Of a stretch of DNA of 64,000 nucleotides, positions 28,101-37,400 are shown piece after piece (position 1 is the stretch's first letter; the number at the start of each line of letters is the position of its first letter). Where the stretch lies: the NCBI GenBank assembly GCA_002633005.1, contig NMRA01000064.1:690360-754359 (forward strand), given 5' to 3'. A model generated the notes under the pieces. The model searched no databases. It was not told the DNA's origin and worked only from the letters and a program-made list of their open reading frames with translations. Both the position numbers and the translations under genes were made by a program. The stretch is from Phoronis australis. Its lineage: Eukaryota > Animalia > Phoronida.

Positions 28101-31100
28101 ACTACCTTTCCGATGATAGCGAAGTACTTTTTCAAAGCGAGAAAAAATCAAAAACAGAAAAAATTGGTTCGACTCGTATTGGTTCCCAGGTTCGACTGCC
28201 TTACGGCCCCTACGTAAGGAACTAAACACCAATGCTATTTTAACATAATAAGTACGCGTAACATTCCAAAAAAATTCAACGACCACTAACTACAAACTAT
28301 AAACACACTACACACGCAAACAAATCACGAGATATTGCTAATAAAACAAAATAATGAAGACTTTTCGAGCAAGCCATAGCACATTCAGTTACAAGGAAAA
28401 AATGGCGACCTTGTCCTGAACTGATGAGCCGGAAATGTGGGTACGGAAATAACGGATGGCAGCCAGTAATTATACGCTCACAGAGAAGGGACAAATATTG
28501 TTAAAAAATCGCTTTTGGCAAGAAAGGCGAAAATATAAAGAAAGGGTGTCGAAAATAAGATTTTATGTAGTATTTTCGGATACTGGAACCACATGGGCAG
28601 TTTGAGAGCAGGACTTTAAGCACCCGGGTACGTGCCAGTGGTTTATTTGAAAATGAACTCCTAGATTCCCAGCAGTTATAAAAAAACCGATGCATTATGA
28701 AATTCCCCGGGACCGATATAACCCAGAACTGATATTTTCTTGTGACGATGCTTCATGAGGTTGATGTTCCCTAAAACCTATATTATATGCCCGTAGCCAG
28801 CTTTTGCAACTAAACGGGTACTAGATGCGAAAATGTGGTTAGCGAACCTTTTATTCTTCTCTTCATACACCCCCCTCCGGGAACTTTTTACCACTGTCGC
28901 CGTAAAATGTTCAGACTCAAATATAAACAATCTTGTTCCAGCTGAAGCGGGTAATTAAAAACAGAATTATTCTGGGTGGCTAAAAAGGGTACAGTGTAGG
29001 AGGAAACAATATTCACAAAGTCACCCCTACTACAGTAGATGGAGTTTGCCTCGCAAAATCGTATTATAACGTTTCTTACCATTGCAGTCTTTTAATATCT
29101 TATTATCGCAAACACTCAGGTTAATGACTACCTTTCAAATGTTTCATAATAAGTGCTCACTGATCTACTAAGCGTTCCCCTTCAACTGTTGAGAATTTCC
29201 AAGTAAGCGCCCACAGTTCAGGCTAGCGCCCATCATAGCGCACTACAAACGACAACGCGAGGTTTAAAATTGACACGCAGTGTGTCACTCATTTTACACA
29301 ACAAATTCAAAAAACGTCTTTTCTCAATATGTAAAAACCAAATCCCGGCTTTGTTTCATACCTACGAAAGAAAGTTAAGACTAGTGACATGCGTGTCGTT
29401 TTGTGACGGACGTATTTTTTCTGTACTTGGAAGGTACTGAGGAGCAAACTCAAGTTACCCGATGTAAACCCGCACGGAGTCGCGAATTATTTCGAGGCTA
29501 TTCATTTCATGGAAAACTAATTGTTGAGTAAGCAAACAGCATAAGTAGAACATTTTTGTTGTGAAATTTGCACTGAATTGCTCCCGCACATCCAAATACA
29601 TCATTTGGTTAGGACATCGTTTAACGGATTTTTTTCGACAGATGTTTTTCATATGTCGAGTTAGGTTGCAAAATTTGGGCTGCGAACAAGAAGTAGAGGG
29701 AATTTGCACTCTGAATTAGTTTGGATCTTTAACGACTATGATGACACCAAGTGAGACCTAGCAAAATCATGGATACTTTTTCAATGGGCATTTTCTCCCT
29801 TTTCACATTAAAAACTTGAATGTACGTTTCAGTTAGAGAGCACTGATTCAACTTCCACGTCAGCAACTCGCCTTGCGCTCTAGAGCCTTTCAATGACGGT
29901 CGTGAAGAACAGTAACGCCATACCTGCATGAACTAACTCAATTTTGCGATCTACAGTTTGTGAGTGCTTAACGCTGCAGGTAAGAGCATAATCTTAACAT
30001 TTCTCGATGACCTATAAAAAAAATCAATTTTGGCGCGTAAAAAAATGGCGGGAAAATTTTGCGACCTGGCATTTATGAATGCGAGCTGGATTTTGAAAAT
30101 GCGACTTGGGATTTTGGCTAGGTTGCAAAATACGACCTGGCGATTTCAGTAGCGTCGAGCCCTGCTAGCGTACGTCAAGAATAAATGTAGTATCCATACT
30201 CAATAGTACTACATGCAGTATCCATACTGAATAGTACTAAACACTTTCTTTTCTGCTAGATGTTGCCCTTCAGTCATGTTTCCATTCAAACTCAGACGGA
30301 AACTTCTTGATCTGTGTGCATGCTATCTTATTTACTGAAACGCGCGTGTGCAAAATGTTGCTTTTTTGAACACAGGCAACACGTTCAAGTAGCAGACAAG
30401 CAGACAACAGGCAAGTTTACATTTTGAGAAAAAAATGGAAATTTGTAGCAGAAATGTATATGAAAAAGAACTGAACATTCCTCAATGTAGTTAAATTGAA
30501 TTACTCCTCGTAAGGAAATCACTACGATCAGAGACGTGGTGGCTGGCTGAAACACTGAGTTGTGGGGTACACACTTTTGTGACAAATTTTCTCTGAGCAG
30601 TGCAAAATACGGTAAAAATGTGTAGTATATGGGTGTACACTGTTGCTACAATGTTGCACTATAGCACCCCACTACAGCTTTAATAGACACTCAGTGTGTA
30701 TATAAGCATATGTTTCATTTGTAAGATATGAAATGATTAATGTTTTAAGGGTGTACTATCGCCTAGTCTTCATACAGTTAGCTACCTAGACTAGACAAAT
30801 TAATGCCCGTTACAGCGCGATTGAAACACCATGATTCTGGTACAGCTCTAGGCGCTCTCACCTTTACACTCAATGTTCACAGAACAACATATTATAGTCA
30901 TAACGAGCGGGTGCTAAAGTAGACAGTGCATGGGCGGCGCACCATACGGGGCTGGGGGGGCTATAGCCCCACTTTTTTCAGTGCTACGCCGCACATAGTC
31001 TATAGGCGGTGCACCACAGGGGGCTGAGGGGGCTTTAGCCCTCCCACTTTTTTCAGTGCTGCGCTGCCCATGCAATGACCACTGTCACTAGCTGACTAGA

Positions 31101-32035
31101 GCTAGAGACGGTGGTCACTGTCTACTGGTAAAGGCGCTTATATATTCTCTTGAGTCTGGACAATGGAGTATATCAGTCAGTGTACTGACACTGACATACC
31201 ATGCCATGGTCTAGCCAAAAGGCGACCTCAGCTTCTAATTGTCCCCAATATACTATATACTACAAGGTATGGCACTCCAGACTAGAAATTCCACGGGTGC
31301 TTTACTTCCGAAGTCCATAGCAAACACTAAACTCAATAAATTTACACAAAACAGGGATTCAACAAACCATGAGGAATTGTTCTTTCTCCCAATACCATTT
31401 ACGGTGTCCTGCTTCACCGAGTTCGCAAGAAATTCACGGTCGAAACACAAAAACCTTCCCAAAAAGCCCATCCGGAGCAACTACTTGGTCCCATGAAGGT
31501 CAAGAATGATACGGAATTATTCGATGACAAGGTTAACGATGAACGGCAGTTGCCGATTTGTCACAGAAAGTTATGAAATCATGACAAAGCAGCAATTGCC
31601 ATTCAATCGTAACCCATCGGATAATTCTGTATTTTCCTTAACCTTTGCGGGACCAAGGAATTGCTCCGGACAGGCTTTTTGGGAAGATTTTTGTGCTTTG
31701 ACCCACAGGCGTCCTCAGCTTCTGATCGTCTCAATGGCCCAATGCACTAGATATGACACTTCGGACTAGAAATTCCACGGGTGTTTCACTTCAGCCGTAC
31801 ATAGCAAACACAAAACTCAATAAATTTACACAAATCAGAGGTTCAACCGTGAGAAATTGTTCTTTCTTCCAATATCATTTACGGTGTCCTGCTCCACCGA
31901 GTTCGCCATATATTAAAACTGAAAAGCAGGCAAACGATCGTTTCCAAGATTTAACTTCCAAACCTTACTAACCTGGGTGCTGTCTGGAGGTAGGGACCCC
32001 ACAAACACGTCCCTCTTTGCTTTGTTTGGGTTCAT
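1056..32035 (-). CDS. STK31: STK31/TDRD8-like gene (25 coding exons, ~1171 aa): RRM - Tudor - helical/coiled-coil - pseudokinase - S/T/P-rich tail
   Basis: Hand-spliced exons join in compatible phase with GT(GC)-AG boundaries. The Tudor segment NKIYGTPFSEDGMWYRC...VKFIDYGNNE and the kinase-like segments HFPEL...VVLK, VHAAIHPGNVF, GDFNF, VAPE and DMFCFG match the Tudor+kinase architecture known for STK31. Confidence 0.88.
1611..1932 (-). CDS. STK31: STK31-like exon 24 (S/T/P-rich tail)
   Basis: Phase-2 acceptor ttttag matches exon 23; open for 107 codons; donor AAG|gttggt. Confidence 0.7.
2941..3098 (-). CDS. STK31: STK31-like exon 23 (kinase XI: LRSLLVVDPRMRPNTAELKKLTYF)
   Basis: Subdomain XI DP..RP motif; ttacag / gtatgt. 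Confidence 0.85.
3341..3406 (-). CDS. STK31: STK31-like exon 22 (VHYPLTSFEVINGIPDLSAITQ)
   Basis: 66 nt; tttcag / gtactg; phase 0. Confidence 0.75.
3572..3700. repeat. 33-bp tandem repeat
   Basis: cccaaagggtgttcctatgggccccatcctatt x ~4. Confidence 0.85.
4171..4293 (-). CDS. STK31: STK31-like exon 21 (kinase VIII-IX: FVAPEV...TDMFCFGLLILW)
   Basis: APE and D-x-F-x-F-G motifs; ccctcag / gtgagt. Confidence 0.9.
4515..6017. mobile_element. Non-autonomous Tc1/mariner-pogo-like DNA transposon
   Basis: TA|ccgtattcgcagtaataaccgccc ... gg(c/g)ggttattacggcaaatactg|TA terminal inverted repeats; the right end is repeated at 7142 in the duplicated copy. Confidence 0.65.
5218..7484. repeat. ~1.13-kb tandem duplication (5218-6359 vs 6361-7484) around a single N; carries a 5'-truncated second copy of kinase exon 20 (6085-6359)
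   Basis: Near-identical copies with scattered substitutions and a small indel, joined exactly at n6360. Confidence 0.9.
7210..7554 (-). CDS. STK31: STK31-like exon 20 (pseudokinase subdomains III-VII)
   Basis: VLQGLADLHKAGVVHAAIHPGNVFV...GDFNF; ttttag / gtaatg. Confidence 0.9.
7981..8187 (-). CDS. STK31: STK31-like exon 19 (HHFPEL; kinase N-lobe to VVLK)
   Basis: CELSRLWKHHFPEL...GQPVVLK; cctacag / gtaatt. Confidence 0.85.
8504..8605 (-). CDS. STK31: STK31-like exon 18
   Basis: SEESDQEGMQEIKIELTNICRQLHKAFIEEDRQL; tctcag / gtgagt. Confidence 0.8.
9220..9471 (-). CDS. STK31: STK31-like exon 17
   Basis: ...WLTTKPDITGLQVVRKTIKNLKSKLRHKLADK..; gtgagt donor. Confidence 0.82.
10525..11041. mobile_element. 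hAT-like MITE with 6-bp TSD
   Basis: TIR cagggcttggaat...attccaagccctg flanked by the direct repeat aactct on both sides. Confidence 0.75.
11296..11412 (-). CDS. STK31: STK31-like exon 16
   Basis: QLSLDLKSS...LDQLVTRLSKDFSDEIECSNM; AG/GT; 117 nt. Confidence 0.7.
12118..12207 (-). CDS. STK31: STK31-like exon 15
   Basis: AEKNEILSSVRTCTNTRHNAVESALRLLQQ; tttttgcag / gtactt. Confidence 0.72.
13151..13255 (-). CDS. STK31: STK31-like exon 14
   Basis: NSIKSLSENY...YLKWK; AG/GT; 105 nt. Confidence 0.75.
13436..13558 (-). CDS. STK31: STK31-like exon 13
   Basis: SQLDTLIKARDNSRVTL...ARSEALR; tttcag / gtatgt. Confidence 0.78.
13776..13853 (-). pseudogene. tRNA-derived sequence (SINE head or tRNA pseudogene)
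   Basis: A-box tagctcaccgg and B-box ggttcgattcc at tRNA spacing; stems are imperfect. Confidence 0.55.
14681..14855 (-). CDS. STK31: STK31-like exon 12
   Basis: RLFPTDSDIEDLIQTAIDL...QEIRQCSSA; phase 2->0. Confidence 0.78.
15155..15240 (-). CDS. STK31: STK31-like exon 11
   Basis: TLQAEYNNLNLTLKLKGVLSKVTQVKKY; AG/GT; an alternative in-frame acceptor 9 nt downstream is possible. Confidence 0.7.
17606..17771 (-). CDS. STK31: STK31-like exon 10 (coiled-coil)
   Basis: Heptad-like LEEQLRVAQNEIMNLTQEL; phase 2->0. Confidence 0.75.
18240..18448 (-). CDS. STK31: STK31-like exon 9 (GIEHFRKVIG...NINDEMLKLNFA; extended-Tudor C-part)
   Basis: Open frame; ttcacag / gtaatg; IN.EML...FA is typical of the end of extended Tudor. 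Confidence 0.8.
19128..19295 (-). CDS. STK31: STK31-like exon 8 (Tudor core VKVKFIDYGNNE...FAQHCVLYG)
   Basis: Tudor signature V.FIDYGN.E; ttcag / gtaagt. Confidence 0.9.
19801..19875 (-). CDS. STK31: STK31-like exon 7 (Tudor core IYGTPFSEDGMWYRC)
   Basis: Tudor signature FSED..WYR; AG/GT boundaries. Confidence 0.9.
20175..20324 (-). CDS. STK31: STK31-like exon 6 (extended Tudor N-part: EKVFVTYVDTPCSFYTQ...PLLNK), GC donor
   Basis: The VFVTYVDTPCSFYTQ pattern is typical of extended Tudor; ends AAG|gcatgag. Confidence 0.85.
20761..21159. mobile_element. Kolobok-like MITE
   Basis: TTAA|agcctaatttcaacgg ... ccgctgaagataggct|TTAA. Confidence 0.7.
21446..21492 (-). CDS. STK31: STK31-like exon 5 (47 nt linker: SVSYENSSQPTPIRK)
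   Basis: tctttcag acceptor, gtaagt donor; phase 1->0 restores the frame into the Tudor exon. Confidence 0.6.
22331..22383 (-). CDS. STK31: STK31-like exon 4 (53 nt linker: LKIKGGPGGDARPIKSE)
   Basis: tttgtag acceptor, gtgagt donor; phase 2->1 is compatible. Confidence 0.6.
23401..23526 (-). CDS. STK31: STK31-like exon 3 (RRM: AFVRFLYDYDSDKAVSDMHGFQVGSYTLKVFY...)
   Basis: Splicing to exon 2 creates the RNP1-like KRAFVRF; AG acceptor and GT donor. Confidence 0.8.
24001..24092 (-). CDS. STK31: STK31-like exon 2 (RRM: ESVKSLFSSFGPISNITVQDGSGKYRGTKR)
   Basis: ttttgcag acceptor, gtatgt donor; LFSSFGPI is a typical RRM helix-1/loop. Confidence 0.8.
24350..24950 (-). mobile_element. Helentron/DINE-like element fragment with ~145-150-bp internal repeats
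   Basis: Periodic CC(A/C)CCT(A/G)GTGGC-type cores and shared motifs (catgaaa/ctatgaaa, gatgacgac) with the 54.8-56.1 kb element, opposite orientation. Confidence 0.45.
24977..25184. repeat. Interspersed repeat, inverted copy at ~41493-41700
   Basis: Reverse complement aligns by eye (ggggccgccatcttga...caaattggccgcggccgcag). Confidence 0.8.
25185..25924. other. Assembly gap (N run)
   Basis: Run of N; other gaps at 6360, 42193, 42864-42946 and 56402-56472. Confidence 1.
25925..26975 (-). mobile_element. Kolobok-like DNA transposon remnant with THAP-domain N-terminal fragment
   Basis: The terminus reads TTAA(A)AGGGGACTGTAGTC on the minus strand; MPFCMAPGCSNSSKK...AYHR is THAP-like; 26160-26520 is similar to 46765-47100. 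Confidence 0.5.
30929..31072. mobile_element. CATG-ended MITE with 5-bp TSD
   Basis: TIR catgggcggcgca...tgcgctgcccatg; flanks cagtg/caatg; two internal ~60-bp repeats. Confidence 0.65.
31438..31703. mobile_element. Fold-back MITE (PIF/Harbinger-like) with 3-bp TSD
   Basis: Imperfect palindrome over the whole length, ggtcgaaacac...gtgctttgacc, flanked by cac on both sides. Confidence 0.7.
31973..32035 (-). CDS. STK31: STK31-like exon 1 (MNPNKAKRDVFVGSLPPDSTQ; RRM RNP2 motif)
   Basis: ATG at 32035; VFVGSL is RNP2-like; donor CAG|gttagt; phase 0 joins exon 2. Confidence 0.75.
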
Positions 32036-34245
32036 TTTGTTGCGCGAAACGTTGAGTAAATAATTTCTAAGACATGCAACAAGTTGTTTTGGATGACCCA
32101 CGTGCAAATACTTCGGCAAGTTCCGGGTATCTTCCGCTGTCTAAGGTTTTTGTCACAAACAAAAGATGTCGCCCTTGCATAAAACCTGATTCTTAACCGA
32201 AGCAGCAAGAGAACGATAATAGGCGTTACCAAAATTTAACACGTTACGTGAAAGTAAGTGATTTGTAGAAATCAAAATTTTCTTCCAGGCCCTCAATCTT
32301 CTGAACTACGAAATTTGAAGGGATTTGATGAATGGCTGCAGATGAACCATTTTGCACCCTCACAGCGAAACACCGTGACTAATACGCTTACAAGGAAGTC
32401 TCCCATTTCTAAAGATATGCGGGAATTTTCACCACTCGTCCTTCTGAGCGGCTTGTACTAGGATCAAAGAGAGCGCGGCGCCGGAATCAGGTACAGTTGT
32501 GATGACCGCGTTGCCCGAAGCGAGCAAGACCCAATTAAATGTAATTATCAGACAATAACTGTTTTAAACATCTCTGCATGATGCCGAATTTTAAAACTGA
32601 ATGCATTAACCACTAATTTTCGTTATAAACGAACACCACGGCGGTATTCAGCTGAAAAAAGCAACCAAGTACGGTTTTCGATTTTTAAAAATCGATGAAT
32701 TCATAATCTAAAAACTACAACCATTGGTTACGATTGGAGCCTATAAACTACCGCGCGTAATGATATACTCGGTGGATATACAAACGCTGATCCAGAGTTA
32801 ACAATATCTCAGAGATTCATTTTTTAATATTCTTTCAATCTCGTTTAACCATATTTTTGACCAGGAAACAGTTGTTGTGCCCACTTTTCATTTTTATTAC
32901 TGACAACGAGCTAGAATAGTTATATAGTCAGTGCCACCGAAATTGTCCAGAGATTCCAAATCGTTAGTTTGGTTATCACCATAATGACACGTGAAGTGTT
33001 TAGTTTACCTGTAATGTGGTAAGTTTAGGGATGGGCTTCACAATGAATTTAACTAATTAAGTTTAGCTGGCGATCAAAATCTACCACTGTTTTGGTACTT
33101 CAAGCTCAAAACTTGGATAAAACGTTATCAACCCGTTTCCGGTGAGAAAAAAAACAAGTGGTCAGAAGCATTAAAAATTAAATAAAAGGAAACTAATATG
33201 AAATTTATCGTTCCTTTGGGAAGATCAACACAAGTTAACCTTTTTAGTCCTTTTCTAATATTTAATGTACCAAATTAAAATTACTCTCCAGAGTTGCAGG
33301 CTATAACTCCGCAGATGTCAGAGAAAACCAAATGGGGGTACTAAGAACAACCATTGTTGAGACAGTAATGCTAGAAATTACCTTTCCATTTCATTAGCTC
33401 AGATCTACATCAATACAAAGGGCGTGCTGAATAGGCATCGTAACAGTTGTCTGGAGCTTAGGGAATCAGAGAGGTCATCAGTGTAAGCGAGAAATTCTCC
33501 ACCTGAAAACCTTGAATCAAGACAGTTCTCTTGATTTTGTCAAGTTTATTGCTCCAGATAAAAGTGTAAAATAGTATATCAAGCTATTCAATTGTGTCCT
33601 CTGACAGTGAGGGCAATGTAGTCAAAAGATGGACCAATTTTGACAGGGCAAAAATCTTACCCCACGAGAAAATGTCGAGTGGAATATTACTTCATCTACG
33701 CCAATCGAGGTACGTTTTGTATTTATCCCATACGCTTTGAATTCCTAAATTTCTTTCATTTTTCGGCAGATTTTTTTAAATACTTCACTCTGACTTTTCA
33801 CGAGGCGGATCACATCCCAGGCCCGTAGGAAGGAAAAAAATATTGGAGGGGCAGTAACCGTGAACCAACAAAGATTAACGAAGACTAAGAATGGGTATAG
33901 GCCCCAAGCCCACTGCAGGGTAGCTGGGAGCTGCCTGAATTAACTATAACTGGATCGAAGGTTCCTTTTATTATGATCTTTGAAGTAATGTTTGAAAAAG
34001 TGAGGTCCCGAGGTGCCTTGTATGAGTGCCTTCGTGGCCGTTTCAGAATCTTTTGATGGAACACAGCCGGTAACCCAGTTTCTGGTTGCTTGATAAAATG
34101 ATACAGAGTGTGTCCAAAAATGTAGCACACGCTTTAACGTATGGAGTTCAAATTTAGTTCCTGTGGGTAATTGAGATTTTAAGCAGGCTTACTGTATGAT
34201 TACACCTTATTTTTAACATAGATGTGCCTGTCACGGTTTTCCGTG

Positions 34246-34463
34246 CATGCGCGCACCAGGGGGGTGGGAGGGGGTTCGATGGCAAAGTGGGCAAAAAGGT
34301 CGGCCTCGAGAAAAAGGAGACAAGAGTCCACTAAAAGGCAGGATTCGACGTATGCACAATTCATAGCCCTGAGCGAACCCCGTATTCGTTTTTTTTCTTT
34401 AGTAAAAGGTCCACATCCCAAAATATTCGAGACCCCCTATATTTTACACTGGGTGCGCGCATG
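34246..34463. mobile_element. CATG-ended MITE with 5-bp TSD
   Basis: TIR catgcgcgcacc...ggtgcgcgcatg; perfect ccgtg direct repeat on both sides. Confidence 0.75.
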
Positions 34464-37400
34464 CCGTGTGTGTAGTATTCACGGGAAATGCAAGCAAACG
34501 ATTCAGTTTCGAAGAACAAAAATTCATTGCGCAATACTACTGGAAACCAAAAACATCAAGGAAGTTCAAACACAACCTTTCCAAGTTGATGACCAAAAAC
34601 TTAGCACTAAAACTTCGTTTTCGATCTACGATTTGTAAACTTAAACCCAGTAATCTAGTTCCTAAGTCAATAAACAATTTACTGTCATTTGAATTGTGAG
34701 AACATTTTAGGACACAGTATTGAGCTGTCCGAAATTCATCAATTTCCTTGAGACAAATAGACAAAAATCTTTTAGTGTACTTCTATGTTTGGGGATCTGA
34801 TGACAGATCGAGTTTGCCCAATGTCGGCCTGCAATTATGTTCATTGAAGTATTGTCATTTCATACAAGATTAGCTTCTAATTGTCAAAAAATCATCTCTC
34901 AATCAGTCCACTTTCGTAGATACATAAACATGTAAATCAGAAAGAAACCAACAATCAAATCCATGAGCAATGCGTTTACCTTGATTTAATGACTTAATTC
35001 CTTTTTGATCCCCTGTTAAGAATTTTAAACAACAAATCTTGCACCGAAGTGAAAAAGCAATGCATTCATTGTCACTTGAATTGTGAGTAATTTTTTTGGG
35101 AAGTGTCCAAATTTCATCAATGTTTTTGAGTGTTATTTTAGATAGGCAAAAAGCGCCCAAGTGTACTTTACTATTTGGGATCGAGTTATAGTTTTTTCCA
35201 TTTTCAGGCTTCAACTAAATTCCCTGAATCGTGTTCATTTCTTAAAAGGTTAGTTCCTAATTGCCAAAAATCACCATTAACCTGTAGGTTTTCGTAGATA
35301 CAGTTAACCTAAACAGCATTGAAGTATGAATGGACTCACCAGAGACGAAGGATGTTACAGGTGAGTAAATCAGAAACCAACGAACTTGTTGACCAAAACG
35401 AAATGTTATAAGCAATTTCCACAGGCATGCAGATTTTTGAGGGATAACCGAGGAAAATGGGAGATTGGGTATTTATAGTAAGGTGTATTTGTGCTCTTTC
35501 GAATTACCTATAACGGTTCACGAGTTTAACTTAACTTAAAACAAAAAAAAAGACGCTGAAATATTTGTTTAATTTGTTTGTTATTGCGAGTAATTGGGTA
35601 CACTCGTTCGACATGTACACGGTCGCCTCGACAGCAGTGTTTTCCACATGTGGGAATTTCTTATAAACAACTCATAGTAACCATCTTCAAAAGAGATGCT
35701 ATTCTTGTGATAATGTGGAAACCAGTAACATTATTTTATAGCTAACCATCGGAAATAGTCCTTTTGTGTAATTAACAAACAGCGGTCTTCACGTTCTTTA
35801 AAGTTGTTGACTCCCTTTTGATGGCGGTCAATCCTATTGTATTTGTTCACAGTTTTTGGATGTTTGGGTCGAATGTTTTGATACCACTGTGATGTGCCCG
35901 AATGTTTTGTGTTTTTGATAAATTTCGAATCACAACTTCCTCGTGAATACTTGGCAGTGTCGGATTTACATGTATAAAGGGACAAAGCGACTTTTCTTCG
36001 AACTGCTCCGCCGAGAGAAAGTGCCGTCTGATATGGGGCACCTTAATTATGAAAAGCTAAACATCATTAAGCTTGGAAAAGAGTGACAGTTCATTCCACC
36101 GTCGTGTGGTCAGACGACTGAGCAGGAAGTGACATCAATCAACATGACACTTGGTTGCACGATTTCACGACAAAGGAAAATAGACGTAATCGAGTCCAAC
36201 ACTGGGTCCTCTCTCCGTAAGAATATGTCAACAGAAACGTAAAAACTGTGGCCACTTGAATGTGATCAATGGCCTCCTTCAGACGTGGGGCCCCTCTATG
36301 TGAAAATATCTATAATTCCAAAAATCAAGAAATGTGCAGCAATTGATGATATTTGTCAGGTCATCAATTTTTCTCAAATGATATACAATTCGAGAAAAAA
36401 GCGACTGCTGTTCCGTTATCCCTTGCCAGAGAGGGGCCTCTGGAAAATATGGTTTTGCAGTCGCAAATTTGACTTACTGAATTTATAAATCCAGGAAATT
36501 AATAGCAAAAGCTTCGCTATACAAATTTTGTCGATTTTTTCTAAATATATGCATGGCATGAATCATTACGTGCACGTTTCCAAGTGTATTTAGACGACCT
36601 GTTCTGCAAAAGTGGAGACCTCAACAACAATGTCCTGACCAGGGTCCTCGAAAGGTAAACCATGCACTGATACAGAGTTGTTAAATGTTCTCTTGAGTTT
36701 TCTTTCTTATCCACATTTAGCAGTCTTTCTTTTCTCGACAGTCCCCGCCCCATGCGTATGTCGGTTGCCACGGTTTAGCCCTAACGGCTAAAAATTTTTT
36801 GGGGGCCCGTGCCCCCCCCGGCCCCCCCGCTTCCTACGGCCTTGCATCCTATATGTATGTACTTGCGCGTTATGTTGCAAGTTTTCTCCAGTAAAATAAA
36901 CAGCTTCAGATGTAACGATTTCTTACTTTAAAAGAAATAACAAAGATGAAAACATCGGTAACTCTGCATTGAACTTGTAATATCTCCTGAAAATAGTTTT
37001 AACTATAACTACAATGTTTGATATTGTAGTTACCGAGGAATCGGCGCCTGAGTTGCAGACGATATAATATTTAGCAATTGAAAACTGAGACAGAAGTGTC
37101 ATATAATTAACAGTTTTGTGCTAGATGTTACGTTTAGGGCCTGATTGCATGTCGAATGTTGTTTATACTGCTGCAACTGTATTACTTTAAACTATATTCG
37201 GTAAGTCTGATGATCGAACCGACTAGCGACGTCGAGTCGACATTGACCTATCTTTTGAACTTTCCATGTCAGAGGTCACTGTTGAAGTAGTGCGGGTGGT
37301 GAATACGGAAAACGTTATTACATGGCCGTATCCCATGAAAATTTCACCAATTCCACATTTACACATTAACGACACCTGAAACGTCTTCGCATGATAGAAA

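Noticed and set aside
33320-33640. Possible RTE-type LINE remnant
   Set aside because: Only faint motif resemblance; cannot be supported without a search
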